Shown here one piece after another: positions 24,128 to 38,799 of a stretch of DNA of 64,000 bases. Location of the stretch: positions 10,168,001 to 10,232,000 of the forward strand of contig JBHGNT010000021.1 in NCBI GenBank assembly GCA_043228905.1, given 5' to 3'. Both the position numbers and the translations under genes were made by a program. Origin of the DNA: Azolla caroliniana. Its lineage: Eukaryota; Plantae; Polypodiophyta. Each line of letters opens with the position of its first letter. Position 1 is the first letter of the stretch. Below the pieces are notes generated by a model. That model was not told the origin of the DNA. It saw only the letters and a program-made list of their open reading frames with translations, and searched no databases.

Positions 24128-27100
24128 TTAGGTATGAACAGAAGGATATAAAACCCCACCATCTGGTATGCCATTACCATGAGGATTATAGTTACTATGG
24201 AATGGTGATGCTTGCTCTCCAGAAGGGTTGGATTTCCTGGATTTATTGTGCTTGGGTGAACCCATGACAGCAGCACTTGGACTCTGTGATCCATATCGAT
24301 GAATATCACCATTTGCTGCAGAATAAAATGATGAACCTACCCCAGAAGATTTTGCCATTGAATGAGGCAAGCCAGTGGCATCTGTTACACCAGTTGCCTT
24401 CGCCATTGGGGCATCAAAATCAAGAGGAAGATCTTCCAATGTCTAAAATGAAAGATGTGATTGAGATTAAATTAAAATCATAAGGACTGGATTGATAAAA
24501 GACTTGCTAAAAGTGACAAGGAATGGATAATAGACAGGGTAAAAAAAAATTAGAATTGGAACAGACTCCATGAAGGAATGAACATGCTACTTACATAAGC
24601 AGCTTGTTGTAGAACACGAAGAACCTCTTTGCAACGTTTTCTTTTCACTGCTACATCCTCCCTTTCTTGAAGTATTTCCTCAAATAGATGCTCCCTAAAC
24701 AAGTAGCTGAATGTTACAACCCTAATCAAACAATGGCCACATTTTACATAGGAAGACTGGAATGTTCGACATACCTGTAAAGCTTCCTGATAAAAACACT
24801 GTGAAGTTCACGTTTGGTGTGGTTTACCTAGAGGGCAAACAATCATGGCATTTATTTTCTGAACACTCAAACCTTTAACCTATGGTATGAAACAAGGCAT
24901 ACCAAAAAATGCATAATTGCTTTAGGTACAGAATCTTGAATATTCTTCCTGACAATATCGTAATAAGACTTTATGAGAGACTTTGTAATTGATATCTCCA
25001 CTGCATCATGTTCTGATAGCATATGTGTATCAGACGCTTTTAGAACAGCTGGTGGCTGTTAAACAAACTCTAAGCCTCAGTTTACACATAATGTCAATAG
25101 AACATAACAATAAAGAATCTTGCAATTGATGTACCTGCTTCAGTTGAATTGTGCTAAATGTGGGCTCAAGGTTGGGCATTGGTTCATTTAATCCTTTACT
25201 GAAAGCAGTATCCTTGCTATTGTTGCGTGAGTCGTTTCCTCCAAAAATAGAAGAAATGCCCCAGGTTCCACCAGGAGTAGCAGCTTCAGTATCCAGGAAC
25301 AAGTCATATAATCATTAAAAATACAAGAATAGTACATTAGTTCAACAACCAAATTTCATACCTATAGAACTACTTTCAGGGCGGATATTCGCAGGTTTGA
25401 AACCCTGAAAGTAAGAATATTCTCCTTCAGTTTTCAATGCATAACCAGCTTTTCACTCCCAAAGAAATGATTGCAAACCTGATCAGTAACCATTCCTGGT
25501 GTGGTGGTCCTTGCAAGGATAGCCTTTGACTTTTTCTCGGACTGTGATCCTGAAGATGGTCTTTCCACTGGCACATCTTCCTGGAAACAACAGAAACATC
25601 AAACAGGGTTTACTAAAATCCTTTCACATTGAGAATAATCCAAACCTTTGTAGATGCTGATATCCTTGCACCACGAAAATGTTGATATGCTGCTTCAACA
25701 GCTTTATTACCACCAACAAATGAAGGGTGAGAAGTATTGATATAATCCATCTGCATACCATTTCAATATCTAAGTACTTCAGCTGCAGATACTCATACAA
25801 AAATTGCAAAAAGATATCAGCATAAGAATCGAACCTCCATTTCAATGAGATGGCATATCATTGTCTCTGCAGGTGATAGTCCTTCTCGTAGAAAGTTGGA
25901 CATGACCTCCTCAATTCTCCTGCGCAAGACAGGGAATCTCTGCAGCTCATGATTCTCACAGCGATGAGCAATCTGCATAACGAGTTTGCAATATGGTGAA
26001 TCATTCAAATTTTCTGTCTGTCCTTTAAAGGGAACAGCCGGTGTACAAGTGGACTGGTCTCTCAGTAGTAAAAAAATAAGACAATATATAATTTGATTTT
26101 CGTAGATGTTAGCCGCAAGTAATTTTGAATCGTTAATGGCTGCAATTCATAGTTAAAGAAGTTACAGTGGCCTAAAAAACAGCTATAAATGAATGTGCTT
26201 TTCAAATAAACCTGAAAACATAGTATAGTTATCCCCAAAGGGAGAAACTGAAGAGTTGCGGGTGAGGAACTCTTAGGCTGTGACTACATATTTGCATCTC
26301 AAAGCACATTGGCAATTTGTAAGTTCCAGAGTGCTGAGTTCCTGACTTATGAAAAACAACATACTCATGTATACCTAGATGGAAAAGTGCATTTCAACCC
26401 ATAATGAAGGGAATGAAAAGATGATACACTTACTAATAGATCAACCATCAGAGAATATAAGCATGATAAGGCCATTAATGCAATTAAGGCCAATTGAAAA
26501 TTTGGAAACATAACTGTGATTCCCTATATATTATGCATGGTTGTTTATGCCATCCAATCCTTGTCCAATGAAAAATTTAATTGCAACAGCAAGGCACTGG
26601 GTGAGGTTAAATCATCTAGAAATTGACAGGCTTGTGGGCAGCATAGATGTATCCTCTCGCAGATTTCACGTTGCACAACAGAGTAATTGTGTACTATTAA
26701 CTTTTTCCAATTCTGATTGATCTATTGATGAGCGGCTATAGCACTATCTACACACCAAATTAAAAGTTTCAATTCATTTACCAAATGAAAGCAAATGAAT
26801 AAAAACAATATTAATGGCAAATGGCTAAAAACAATGGTGGACAAATACATCACATAGGAAAAACTTTCACTAAGTGTCTCAATAATCCAAATTCTCCATT
26901 AATCTGGCATAAACCCTGTATTTGTATTAATTGATAGTGTCTGTGGGCACTGGGCCCACAAGAGTTTCAGGAGCATTCCTAAAAGATCATCCAAAGAAGA
27001 ATTTCTGCTGGAAACAAATAATGCACTATAACCTGCGTCTATCTCATTCTCAACACCTGTAGAATCGATTAGTATCTCATTCATCCCAAAAGATATATAG

Positions 27101-30100
27101 ACACTTCTGCACCTATACACATTCCCAAATAATTGAAAGCCAATGAATGACCATCTACAAGCACATCACAAACAAGAAACTTAATATGGACTCGTAAATT
27201 GTCCCTCAACCGGAAATGTAGCTTGCAATTACTGGAAAACCTATAAAAAAATAGTTGATTGTTTCTATATGTTTGAGATCCATCTCTTTCACAGATTTTC
27301 CGAAAAACTAACAGGCACATGATGGTTTTAAGATATTGCCTGAGCTGAACTTTACGGATTCATGATTCAAATGATTAGTTAAACTCTTAAAATTTGTGTA
27401 ACATGCATCAACAGAACTACGAAACAGTGCATGTCCAAAACTAGACAACAAGGTCAGCGCATATGTTACCCTTTTGACTTAACATTATAAAGAACTCTCC
27501 ACATGATACCAAGTCATGATAAGTTACATACACATGAACCTTCCAGAAAGATAAAGAATATGCTATTTTCCAAGTTTCCATTAGTAAATATCCGGCAAAA
27601 AAATTGCATTACAATAAATAAATTTATTTAGCTGACACCATGTATATACCACACATTTTTAATAGTGAAAAAGAAACATAATTTTTAAAAAACTATTGTT
27701 CCCAATCTCATATCTCAATTCTCAATCACAAACCACCTAGATCTTAAGATAAAGTTACCTTGACAAGTTCGTCATAGATGAATCGAGCACATTGTAAACT
27801 TGGATCTAGCAAACGCGCTATCTGCCGACGGACTAAAACTTCAAAGGGCACCTAATAAAAAAAAGGCAGCAGCATTTACTTAAACCACCTCAGATGAATG
27901 TAAGGGACTCTTGGAACATTTATTAGCACTTCATAGCGATTTTTCAGTTTGTAACTTATAATTTTATCTCTATGCCATGCAGATCACGCATGTGTCATAT
28001 ATGTTGACTTTGGAAATGATTGCCAGTGCACCTTAGGCAGCTAGTTTAAGGAATCTCCGGTAACTTAATGGGTATGTAGAATTGAAATAGCATGAATCTC
28101 CTTCGCCAAACACACATAAGGAAAATCTTTGGATCTTGAGACCAAAGAAGAATAGAATGCAGATGCGTCGCAAGCCCATAAATTGATATTTGAAGCATCA
28201 AATCTTTGTAATACTTCACTAATATTTCAGATGCATTAAATGTAGGATATTGGTTGGTTCTCTGAAGGGGTCCTGTACCTGGTTGGTAGTTTGGATATAG
28301 ATTGGCAACTGAGACTAGTGTTATATACAGTAAAACGATTTTGATTGAATGTTGCTGACAGCAAACGCATATGAGAACCTCAATTCATTTTGGCGGTCAT
28401 CTTAACAAAACTTATGGAAGACTTTATTTTCCTGAAAGAAAAGAGGCTTTCAAATATTCTGATCACTTTCTTTGAATGTTCCTCAATGAATTGAAACATT
28501 GATGTTACTTACAATGATCAGTTCACCAAATGTTTTATTCCAGTGAATCTGTACACCTCCTTATACTACACACTAGTAGTGCATTTGGCTGCACAGGGAG
28601 GTCTCACATCTGCTTGATGAAAACTCAAGGATCATATATAGGGATTGTATCACACGATTTATGGTGAAGATTCATGCTGAACCTATAGCTAGCTATTGCT
28701 ATTAGGATGCAATTTTGAAACCAAATGATAACTTTGTAATTGAGTGCTGTCAATTAATTTTTCCAGAATCAAGATACCCCCACCCTTGTCTGAACACCAT
28801 CTATTGAGGTGTATTCATACAACTAGCTGTGGTCCACATGTTCCATCTGTAGCAGATCTTCTGCAAGCACAATTAAAGCTGGCCCTAAATCGCTTGGAGA
28901 ATTCAATTCGACAAAAACTTCATACCGTCAGACAAACATAAATTAACTCCCAGGGGTTTAGTAATGTCTGTCCCAATAATAGAAACTTTAAAGAAGTTTT
29001 TTGGTTCACATCCCTTATTGCAATTTCCATGACATCCATATTTGCAGCACCCAAAATTTACTTTACAACGAAATTGCTCTTTTGCAAATTTTCATCAACT
29101 CATAACACACCTCTGGCACAAATATTATATTCTTTGGTCCTGTAGCATTTTGAATTGCTGTTCTTATATCTTCATCAGTTAGGTCATCGCAAGGGTCAAC
29201 ATCCTGCGCATGGTTTTCTAAGAAAATCAGAAAGAGTAAGGGAACTTCAATTTCATGACAAAGTAAGGAATCAGACCCAAAACAATGCAATAAGGAGTGC
29301 TGGAAGCTTACATCTAAACTTCTCACAAATATATTCTGAAATATATGATGTATGCGAGCTCCCCCTGATAACTCTGATGTTGACATTTCCTCATTCTTTC
29401 CATCCACTATGGCAGAGAAACCTGATGACATAGAAAACATTATAAAACTTGATTGAGATTAACAGTTTCTGTGCATAAAAATACTCACAATCCTTGTTCA
29501 AATTATTATTATAGCCCACTTCACCAGATCAAAACTATCAATGCAACTATGCAGGATAAACACACTTAGCTCTCATATCATCGATCAAGGCCAAATACCT
29601 TGAGAATATTTTGTAATGATGTGCAAAAGCAAAGCTCCTTGGCCTGACTGAAATATGTAGAGGAATCAGATAGCCTTAAATCCCCTACAGCCCAAGAATA
29701 GGCACCATATGGCATAATAACTTACTTTTGACTCAGTCAGTTCACCATAGCTAGCTAACTCCTTCGCTAATGTGACCATTTGAGCACTGACACGTGCCTT
29801 CATATCAGGTAGGATGTTCTTGATATGCTGCACAAGAATCTGCAAAATTGGAAGTATCAAGTTCTTCTGCATCTCTTTCTATGATGTGTAAAATAAGCAA
29901 TGAAGTATCTATACTGTATTGAGTTTTCTCGCTAACTGAGGAATGCCACAACGGTCAGCTAAATTATGATAAACCTGGCAAAAGAAAAACAATCCTTGAA
30001 TCATCAGCGTAGGAGGACTTTGATATTATTTTGAAGAAATACCAAACCAACTAACCGGACGGCTGCGGAAAAATTTCTCCTCATACGCAAGAGCATCACG

Positions 30101-32312
30101 AACACTTTTATTTCCAAGAATGTCCTGTCATCAGCACAAATATAATGCCAACATGGAGTAAGTTATCATTTAATAAATAGGCATACAATCCTTACCAAAA
30201 CCCATGTGCAAGCCTAGAGTGAATGGAAGAGTTACAAAATACTGCAGGATAAAAAACAATTTTGTGTTAATTTCTCTTTCAAAAAAGTGGTGAATGAGAA
30301 AGTTTCCAATAGATGAGAAGCAGTGATTCATTGACATCCTCTTAGAACATCAAGATTTAGGCATGAAAACTACAACACTGTTCTAGAGATGCTAAGAACA
30401 AATCTGAAGCAAAATTTGATGACAGGTGGAGGAGCGGGGAGAAAAGGTAGGAACGAAAAGCAAGTCTCCTTTTATAGACCAGTATCCAAACCCACAATAT
30501 CAACCTCCGTTTAGTGCAGTTCATTATAACAGTGCTGATACAATTTTATGAAATGGGGTCACTGTTGATGAGGTGGATCTCTACTGTTCATCATTGCCAC
30601 TATATCCATGATCAAAAGAAAATAGAGCATCAAGATTTTCTATATGTTGAGTTGTGGATCTATTAGGCAAGAATGAAACTGCAAAACATGGAAAAACTGA
30701 TTTTTTTTAATTGATATAACATGAACATAGCTTATGAAGAATAAACAAAATCCTCCAATATCCAATATGCTGAAGCGACGAGAGCATGTTTTTGCATTTG
30801 AAAGCTTTGATATTTATTTAAACACTGTTACTTAACCTAGATAATAGAAGGTCAAAACCCACCCATTACCTCTTGGCTTCGATTCACAATCCCTACATAA
30901 CCAAGTCGTAAAGGAATGACATTCCCCAAAAGAAAGTTGCGTGCATCAGTTCCCCTGTCCATTATATCTAGCTGTGCGCATGAAATAAATAATCAGCTCA
31001 TCTCATCATCATAACTCTCAGAAGAAATAAAAGGAAATCAAACCTTGGTGATCACACCAATCGTCCGAGATCCTGTAAACATTTAGAAAAGATTGTATAC
31101 ATTAGGAAATAAACATAATCATTAGTATTTAGGCAAATAAGTATATAGAACCAAATTTTTATAAAATACCATCTGGATCAGCTACTCTCGCCATTTGAAG
31201 GGCATCTGAATTTGCAAGGTCTGCATTGGCTGGCGAAACTGCTAGTATAACACATGTCTCATGCTTAATATAGGAAAGAATCATCGTTCTGACACGTGCC
31301 TCGATATCAGTGGGTTGATCTCCAACTGGTACCTTTGTGATACCAGGGAGGTCCACCAATGTTATTGTCAAAACATTGGGAGAGAAAATTTTGAGCCGAA
31401 TTTGTTTGTCAGATATGCCTTTGTTAGATCCTATTTCGCGCTCCGTTTCTGCCTGCAAAATAGTAGTTTCTTAAGTTAGATATATCGAAATGCTTCATAA
31501 AGGCATTCACATTGCACCAAAGCAATGTCATGAAAATATAGGCATGTGGCAGTAAATGCAGTTTTCGAAAACCCGAGCAAAGATCTTGGGTGTACCCACT
31601 GTGAGTCAAGAAAATTATACCCTTCAATCACAATACACCTCAACCAAAATTGTATGTTTCCATAATGTGACTCCTGAAAAAGACGAAATACAATGTCTAT
31701 CTAATGTGAATCCTCAAGAAGAATGCCCTTTCAGCATATGCAATGCCTAAACTGAATCAAATTGGACAACCTAACTCAACGCCTCTGAGTGAATACCGTG
31801 TAAGTGTATGTCTTAAATCAATCTAGTAGTGTTGCTCAAGAAGAATACAACTGTAAGTGAAATTATGACCGGCTTACCTCGATTTCGCTTCTGATTAGAG
31901 AGAAATCGGTGAAACGTTTCCCAGGAAGATGCAAGAATTCACCCCATTCGAGAGGCTCTGACTTTTCCTCTGACCTTCTAGCAATCTGAACAAGTTGGAG
32001 GACCAAGGGGCGTCGTGTACAAATGTCAGACCCTCGGGGCAAGAAATCTCGGCCAACCAAACCCTCAAGGACGCTCGATTTCCCACTGGATTGGCTTCCC
32101 ACGACTGCAACCTGAGGGAGATCAATGGTGGATGCGCTCCCGAGCTGAGCAAATATGTCCTGTAGCTTGTTCACAAGCGGTATCACAGATTGACCGATCA
32201 AGATGGGCGAAACAGCAGCAGCAGAGGAGGTAGAGGAGGAAGAGGAGGAAGAGATGGAGGTGTCATCGAGTGTGGAGGCGGGTGCAGCAGCCACGAAATC
32301 TTCGCTGGACAT
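24128..32312 (-). CDS. DRP3: Dynamin-related protein 3 (mitochondrial/peroxisomal fission GTPase), about 20 exons
   Basis: ATG at 32312. P-loop [50 protein letters not shown]. Middle domain [12 protein letters not shown] and [53 protein letters not shown] exons include 32312-31878, 31452-31170, 31072-31044, 30971-30870, 30124-30056, 29974-29915 and 29839-29726. The last exon ends at 24128. Confidence 0.93.
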
Positions 32313-32979
32313 GGTGGTGTCCTGTGTCTGAGAGAGAGAGAGAGAGAGAGAGAGAAAGAAAGAAATTGATACTCTCTGTCTACCCTTGTCTCTCTGTGTC
32401 TCTCTCGGTGGTGGTCTCAGTGGGAGTGGGAGAGAGGGACGGAGGATTTGGTTAGATGCAAAGAGAAAATAGCTATGGAAAAAAAAAGGGAGGGAAAGCA
32501 GCAGAAGATTGACTCTGCTTGCCCTCTCTCTCTTTTCTCTCTCTCTCTCTCTCAAACAAGAAGAAGAAGAGGAAGAAGAAGGAAGAAGGAAGAAGAAGAA
32601 GAAGAGACGATGATGATGGCAATGAGAGATGTATGTAAAGAAAGAGAGCAGTGTTATTATTTCAATTTTCTTCCCTTCCTTCCCATACATATATACATGT
32701 ATGTATATGTGTATGTATATTGTATATTAATATACATATGCTTGTTGTGTATGTATGTATGTATCCATCCATTGGTCTCTTTTGGAATCCCATGAGCTTT
32801 TGGTACTTACTTACTGTATATTGTGCTTCCGCTTCTGCTTCTACTCTTGCCAATGTGTATGAATCGAGAGACGATTGCACTTTGTCGGGTTGTCAGGCCA
32901 CACATAGCAATACGTTGTTCGTTTTAGTGCAATCCTATATTGCAATGTGTGTGTGTGTGTGTATGTATCGACGACATTG

Positions 32980-34897
32980 ATATAACCAAAGTACTTTCTA
33001 CCCACACGGGGTGTGCTTTGTCGGTAGACTCCAAGTTTTTTTGGAGTTGTGTTTTTGTAGTTAAATTTTTTTAAGTTTCCCCCATGCCTCACATCTTCGA
33101 GCATAAGGTTGTATATCATTAAATAGCTTGCTCCTATCATTAAATAGCTTGGCTTGCTCCGTATTTCCTTTTGAAGAGTTGATGTTGATGATGTCAAGCA
33201 TGTTTTCAAACATCACCTTCAATGTATCCTGATAACCTTGCCCAACGAGGTATTGATAGATCTCATATTTCCATGATACAAAGTTGTTAGGGTCAAGTTT
33301 CTTGCTTGGGAGATAGGTATCCACTGTTTGGTTGATTTTCTTAGTGGTGGTTTCTTCATCTCCTCTAGTAAGCTTTTTATTACCTCACAATGCACAATGA
33401 TAATGGATTCCTTCTACACACAAGAAAATACCATACTTTCGCAAACATCGCGGCACCAACATCATTTGTCTCGAGGTAAACATCCTCCCATCTCTGCGCC
33501 CTAGTGATAAATCGGACTTGCATGCCCTAATCGACAATTTGTCTGGTACATGCAACACGTTCCACATCAACCCCTTTTGTTCAACATGGCTAACTGGTAC
33601 ATCACCCCCATGCAATGTGTTGTCCCCGATCTCAACAACTCCCGGCTGTTCCAGTTTTTCCAAGCTCGAGAACCATTCGACATGGTTTGTCATGTGATTT
33701 GATGCTCCGAAATCAACGTACCAGACCTCTTCCGATTTTGTGGTACGTACTCCCATCTAATTTGCCTTGTGCTTCATTACGAGTGTAGGGCTCGTTTTGG
33801 CTCGATTTCCTTTTTCAACATAGTGTGATCGGTGACACCTATCTGCATCACCTCGGCTCAATCTGGCTCTGTCCGAATCAACATGCTTCTTCCAACACTC
33901 GCTCTCTCTTTCCGGCCATAATACCAACAGTCTGTTGCGACTTTCCCTTGCTGGCTTCCGGTGCGCCTTGACTCCCCCTACTTGTGGAGGGTCCGCTACT
34001 GTCAGCACTTCCTCAGTGCCTTCGATTCTGTTGTTGTGGGCTGCCACCGTGCCAATCCACCGCGTTCTCCACAACCGTGGGGCCAATCCGCCTCCGTGTA
34101 CAACATCTGGTTGTCCAACTGCATGCTCCTTGATGCACTTGGGTGGTTCTCTTCGACCATAAGCATCAATTGCAAGTCGAAGAACGACAATGGCTTCTCT
34201 CTCGTGCAAATCACTGTCCAGATCGACTTGTACCTCGACGCTAGACCACCAAGGCAGATCTGTACCATCTTTTCCTCGTCCACCAACACATTGATGGACC
34301 CAGCGCATCACAAATCTCCTTGATCTTAGTGTTGTAGTCGATCACTGACATATCCTTCTATCGGATACTGTTGAGCTCTTGGCAAATCTACAACTTCCGA
34401 GTCATGGTACTTGCGGCGAAATTCTTCTTTAGATTTTCCCATGCCTCCTTCGGGGTTTGCATCTTGAATATAGCCGAACATCTGATCATGCACACAGGAT
34501 GCAAGGCAATACAAGACTCTACTTGCTCCTTGTTCCCAAACCGGAAAATCCTTGTGTGTTGATTCCAACGCTACTTCGTTTTCTCCCTGGATGTAGCTCT
34601 AGTAGCCATGCCCGAGCAGGTACTAGTGCATCTTGTATTCCCAAGATGCATAGTTGCTTCTAGCCAACTTCTCTGTCGGAAGAGCACCACCCATTCCTCT
34701 ATCCATGTTTCCGTTCTTTCTTTTCGGGAGCCCTGTTGAAGACTCGTGTGAACAAGCTACGTGAACTGTGCAAAGGATGCTTTTCAACCCTCATGCTCTA
34801 ATACCATGTAAAAAGATACGTGCGGAAGCTTATGAACCGACAGTATGTTGGTTATCCGGGAACTGAACAGAACAATTCGTTAACACAGAACACAGAG

Positions 34898-34934
<37 letters not shown>

Positions 34935-35360
34935 AGTGGAGCAGACAACATACGATTATATTACAAAATGTTTTGTACTCAGTACATTACACAGTGCTTA
35001 TCTGCACTTTACATATACAAAGCCCATATGGTAGGGTTGTCATGAAGTACTGACATGTACTTCACTACTCTTAAAAGAGCCTCTGACACTAACTGCCTAT
35101 ATTAGGCCTAATTACTAGAGTAGTTCTAATCGGCATGAGTGACATTTTGGATCGGCTTCCACAACCGCTTCCTCATCTTGTCTGGATCCATAATCCAAAT
35201 TCGACATCCGGTCCGTCATCCGTCTCCTTCAGTTGGTTCGAAACCTAGTCTGAAGTTTAGGCTTATATAGCCTAAGTGGGCCAGCCACCCATATTGATTC
35301 CGGTTTGGCCTACCTTCTTGTCCAACCAGTCCGACCCATGTTGAGCTTGCTCGCTCAACA
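32980..35360 (-). mobile_element. Degenerate Ty1/copia 5' half (5' LTR 34807-35360, PBS-Met, gag, protease) plus adjacent gag scraps
   Basis: PBS reverse complement at 34795-34806. LTR TGTAAA...GCTCAACA resembles 51275-51674. Peptides FPVWEQGASRVLYC, LMLMVEENH and WYVDFGASNHMT. Confidence 0.85.
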
Positions 35361-35694
35361 AGAATCCTCTATAACCGACCGAAATGTGAAAGACGACACA
35401 TAGACATTCCTTTCTTCCGGAACAACGGGAACATGGACAAAGGTAAGGGAAGCTCGCTTTCGACAAAAAAGCTTGATAGAAGCAACTTTGCAACTTGTTC
35501 ATACAAGATGCACCAATACATGCTTGGGCACGAATACTAGAGCTACGTCGAAGGAGCAAATGAAGCAGCACCGGATGCGACACACAAGGGCTTTCCCGCC
35601 TGGGAGCAGGCGGCAAATAGAGTAATGTACTGCTTTGCGTCCATTGTCGGAGATAAGCTACTCAACTACATCTGGGATGCCAAGACACCAAAAC
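35361..35694 (+). mobile_element. Ty1/copia gag N-terminal fragment (same broad family)
   Basis: Reads KLDRSNFATCSYKMHQYMLGH...FPAWEQAANRVMYCFAS. Confidence 0.8.
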
Positions 35695-37360
35695 TGTGCG
35701 GAAATGATGCTCTGCCACAACCGAGTCTTAAACACTCTATGGAAGAATACATAAAAGTAGAAATAAGATAGACACAAGATGTTATCATGGAAAACCCTAA
35801 TAGGGAAAAACCACGAGAGCCCATAGACTCCAATTATCTCTATGAGAAAAGGATACAATGCGAGACTCAAAGGCAATGACCTCGAGCCCTAAGTCTTTGC
35901 CAACCAGCGGTTACAATAGAAAAGCTTGATGTATCTCACACTCACTCTCTCTCACTCTCTATGTGTCTATACAACAATATCTCTACATACACATACAAAG
36001 TGATTGCCCTAAGTCATATTTATACTTATATGACTTTATGATTATTTACAAATATAGCCATGACATGCATACCAGAAACATATTTACAGATATGTCCCTG
36101 GATCCGCTTCACACTGGATCTGTTTGGTCTGGCTCTTTTGGTTCTCGTCCAGATCCCATCTAGAGGGACCGAATTCCCAACAAGCTGCCCCTTCACTCCG
36201 GCATGGGATGTTTTGTCATTCCAATCCGTCTCCAACACACGTCCAACTTCTCTGTTGATAGCACCCTGGTCAACATGTCCGACCCATTCTCCTCCGCATG
36301 GATCTTCGTCAGCATGAACTCTTTATCTTCTACCTTCTCCCGGAGCTACCTGCTTCGTCTGGGAGTGGTAGGTCACGTTCTTCGCGAGGTGTGGCACTTT
36401 GACTTTCGCAGTGGAGCCGAAATTCCTCTTGTCGGATCCCTAGCTCTCTAATGAAGTCCTTCATCTAGATTACATCTTGACCGGCTTCTACAACCACCAT
36501 GTACTTCGCTTCTATTGTCGATAGTGCAACGGACTTCTACAACCTTGACTGCCACGATATGGCTCCCCCTGCATATGTCATGACATATTCGGACGTGGAT
36601 TGGCTGGTATCTACATCAGCTGACATGTCCGAATACGTGAATCCTTCAAGTTGGTGTTAACATGAGTCGAATCGGAGGCACATGCTCGAGGTGTCTTTCA
36701 GGTACCGGAGTATCCACTTGACTGCGGTCCAGTGTTCTCTTGTCGGATTGCTCATGAACCGGCTGACCACTTCGACAACATATCTGATATCCAGTTGGGT
36801 ACACACCATTGCGTACATCAAGCTCCCAACGGCGGAGGCATATGGAATCTTCATCATCTTTGACTTCTTCGTCTTGGTCTTCAGACTTCGCTTTCCGGAC
36901 AACTTGCAGTTTGCGGGAAGTGTCGACTGGACTGGCTTCGCGCCCGTCATGTTGAACCGTTGAAGCACCTTTGTCAAGTACTTCTCTTGTGACAGCCATA
37001 ATAGCTTCTTCGTCCAGTCCCGGACTATGTGCATCCCTACTATCTGTCTTGCCGGACCCAAATCTTTCATTGAGAAGGTCCGGTACAAGGCCTTCTTCAA
37101 ATTCCTGATTTTGGTTCGGTCCAGTTCGACGATCAGTATGTCATCCACATGTAGCAGGAGTATCAAGAAATCTCCTCCGTCGAAATTCTTCACAAATACA
37201 CAGTGGTCGGCCTGCGTCTTGTGGTATCCTTGGTCGGTCATGAAGGAGTCGAGGTCCATGCTTGTCGATATGCTCAACACAGTCCGGATGGATGTCATCT
37301 TGACTATCGGGGCAAAGATCTCGTCGAAATCCACGGCCTTTTTCTGCTGGAATCTTTTGT
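35695..37360 (-). mobile_element. Tnt1/Tork-like Ty1/copia 3' part (RT, RNase H, 3' LTR 35695-36182)
   Basis: FDEIFAPIVKMTSIR, LLLHVDDILI, IPYASAVGSLMYAM. LTR TG...CA with an adjacent PPT-like tract. Similar to the LTR at 16051. Confidence 0.85.
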
Positions 37361-38141
37361 AATTTACCATGGATTTCTAATCCCGAAGTTAACACATCAT
37401 CTAATTTCTTTTGCCATATTGAAAGAAATTCACCAACCGATTGTTCATCATTCATTTTATAGTTGACGAGTGCTTGAAGTCTATGAGCTTGTTGGGCATC
37501 GTTTTAAGGCTCGTAAATAGTTTGCAAATGCACCTACATTTCTTGGGTCGTCTCCATTTTTCTCAATGTTTTGCCAGTGCCATTGCTTACGTGCATAATT
37601 ATTTCCATTCTTGCACATAAGTTTTTCTCCTCATACTCGTCACGATCTTCTCCTTTTTTAGGTTTGATTGATGATCCTGAAACTATATCCCATAATTTAT
37701 TATATTTAAAGAGTTATTATAATCTTGCCTTCCATATTCGATAATTTGTGTCTGACAATTTGTCGATTGTAAATTTTTGCATGTTGAGTTGCGAGGACGA
37801 CATGGATTGAACCATTATTGCAAAGGGTTGTCCGGATCAGCGCTCAGCAAACACAAACTTGATGTTCGTTATTTGTCGGCTTTAGACACTACAAATATGA
37901 TTGTTTTTGTATGGAAATGAGAGTTAAATTATGATAAGGGCATGTGTTTTGTAATTTAAGAAAGGCATAGGCTATAGGTTATAGGTCATTGGCTCTATAC
38001 CATGGAAAAGAAGAAGAGAGAGAGATAGACATAAAAGGAGAGAGAGACAAAGAGAGCCCAGATGGATGTTGCTTAATTGGTAAGGTTGTCTAATGGAGAC
38101 AAAGTGGTCATGGGTTCAACCCCTACATTCCACAATGACAT
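37361..38141 (-). mobile_element. Copia gag fragment with degenerate PBS and short LTR remnant
   Basis: GCTCTATACCA at 37992-38002. Gag-like IDKLSDTNYRIWK and EQSVGEFLSIWQKKLDD. Confidence 0.6.
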
Positions 38142-38799
38142 CTAGTGAATTAAGAGATATGTATGAAGTATATAATAGAGAGGTGAGAAAATTGGGTATC
38201 AAACCCAAGATGTAGTGTTTGTAGTGTTAACAAGTAAGATAATTACAATAGATTTGTTTGAGGGAAACAAGTTGTATTATAATAAAAACACCCTTAATGA
38301 TTACCATCGATGCGGTCTTCCTAACTGATAACTAACACTAAATATTATTTATTTTCGATTATTATTTTCCACAGAAAGTAGGGTGTGTCGAATGACTCGA
38401 GTGAAATTAAGAGGAGATTCCTTAGAAGCTGCAAAATGTGGATTGACTCTTGGATGCCAGGGGAGGGGGGGTTGGTTTGGGATGTCAACATAGGTGCCAA
38501 TGCAACGTGAAGCAATATTGGCCAATAACAGCTGAAGTGTTGAGCATATTTGCCGCTCAACAAGGTATTCTTTTCATGGCCAATAAATATCATGGTAGAG
38601 GAAAAATTGTAGCGATGATGAGAATCTGCAATGGCAACTGTATCAACGAATAATAGGGGGGAGGGGGCCATGTCTAGTGATAGTAGGGGCCTTACTAACT
38701 CAAGTAGCAACTGGTGAGGTCAGGTGAGGTGCGATGCATCTTTGGTTTTGGTTTTGGGGTTGGTTTCTATGTGGGAGCATCTTCGTCGGTAGGTAGGCT

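Noticed and set aside
32313-32690. N-terminal extension of DRP3 suggested by the 275-aa ORF
   Set aside because: It translates microsatellite 5' UTR sequence (poly-S, RE and SL repeats). The likely start is MSSEDF at 32312.
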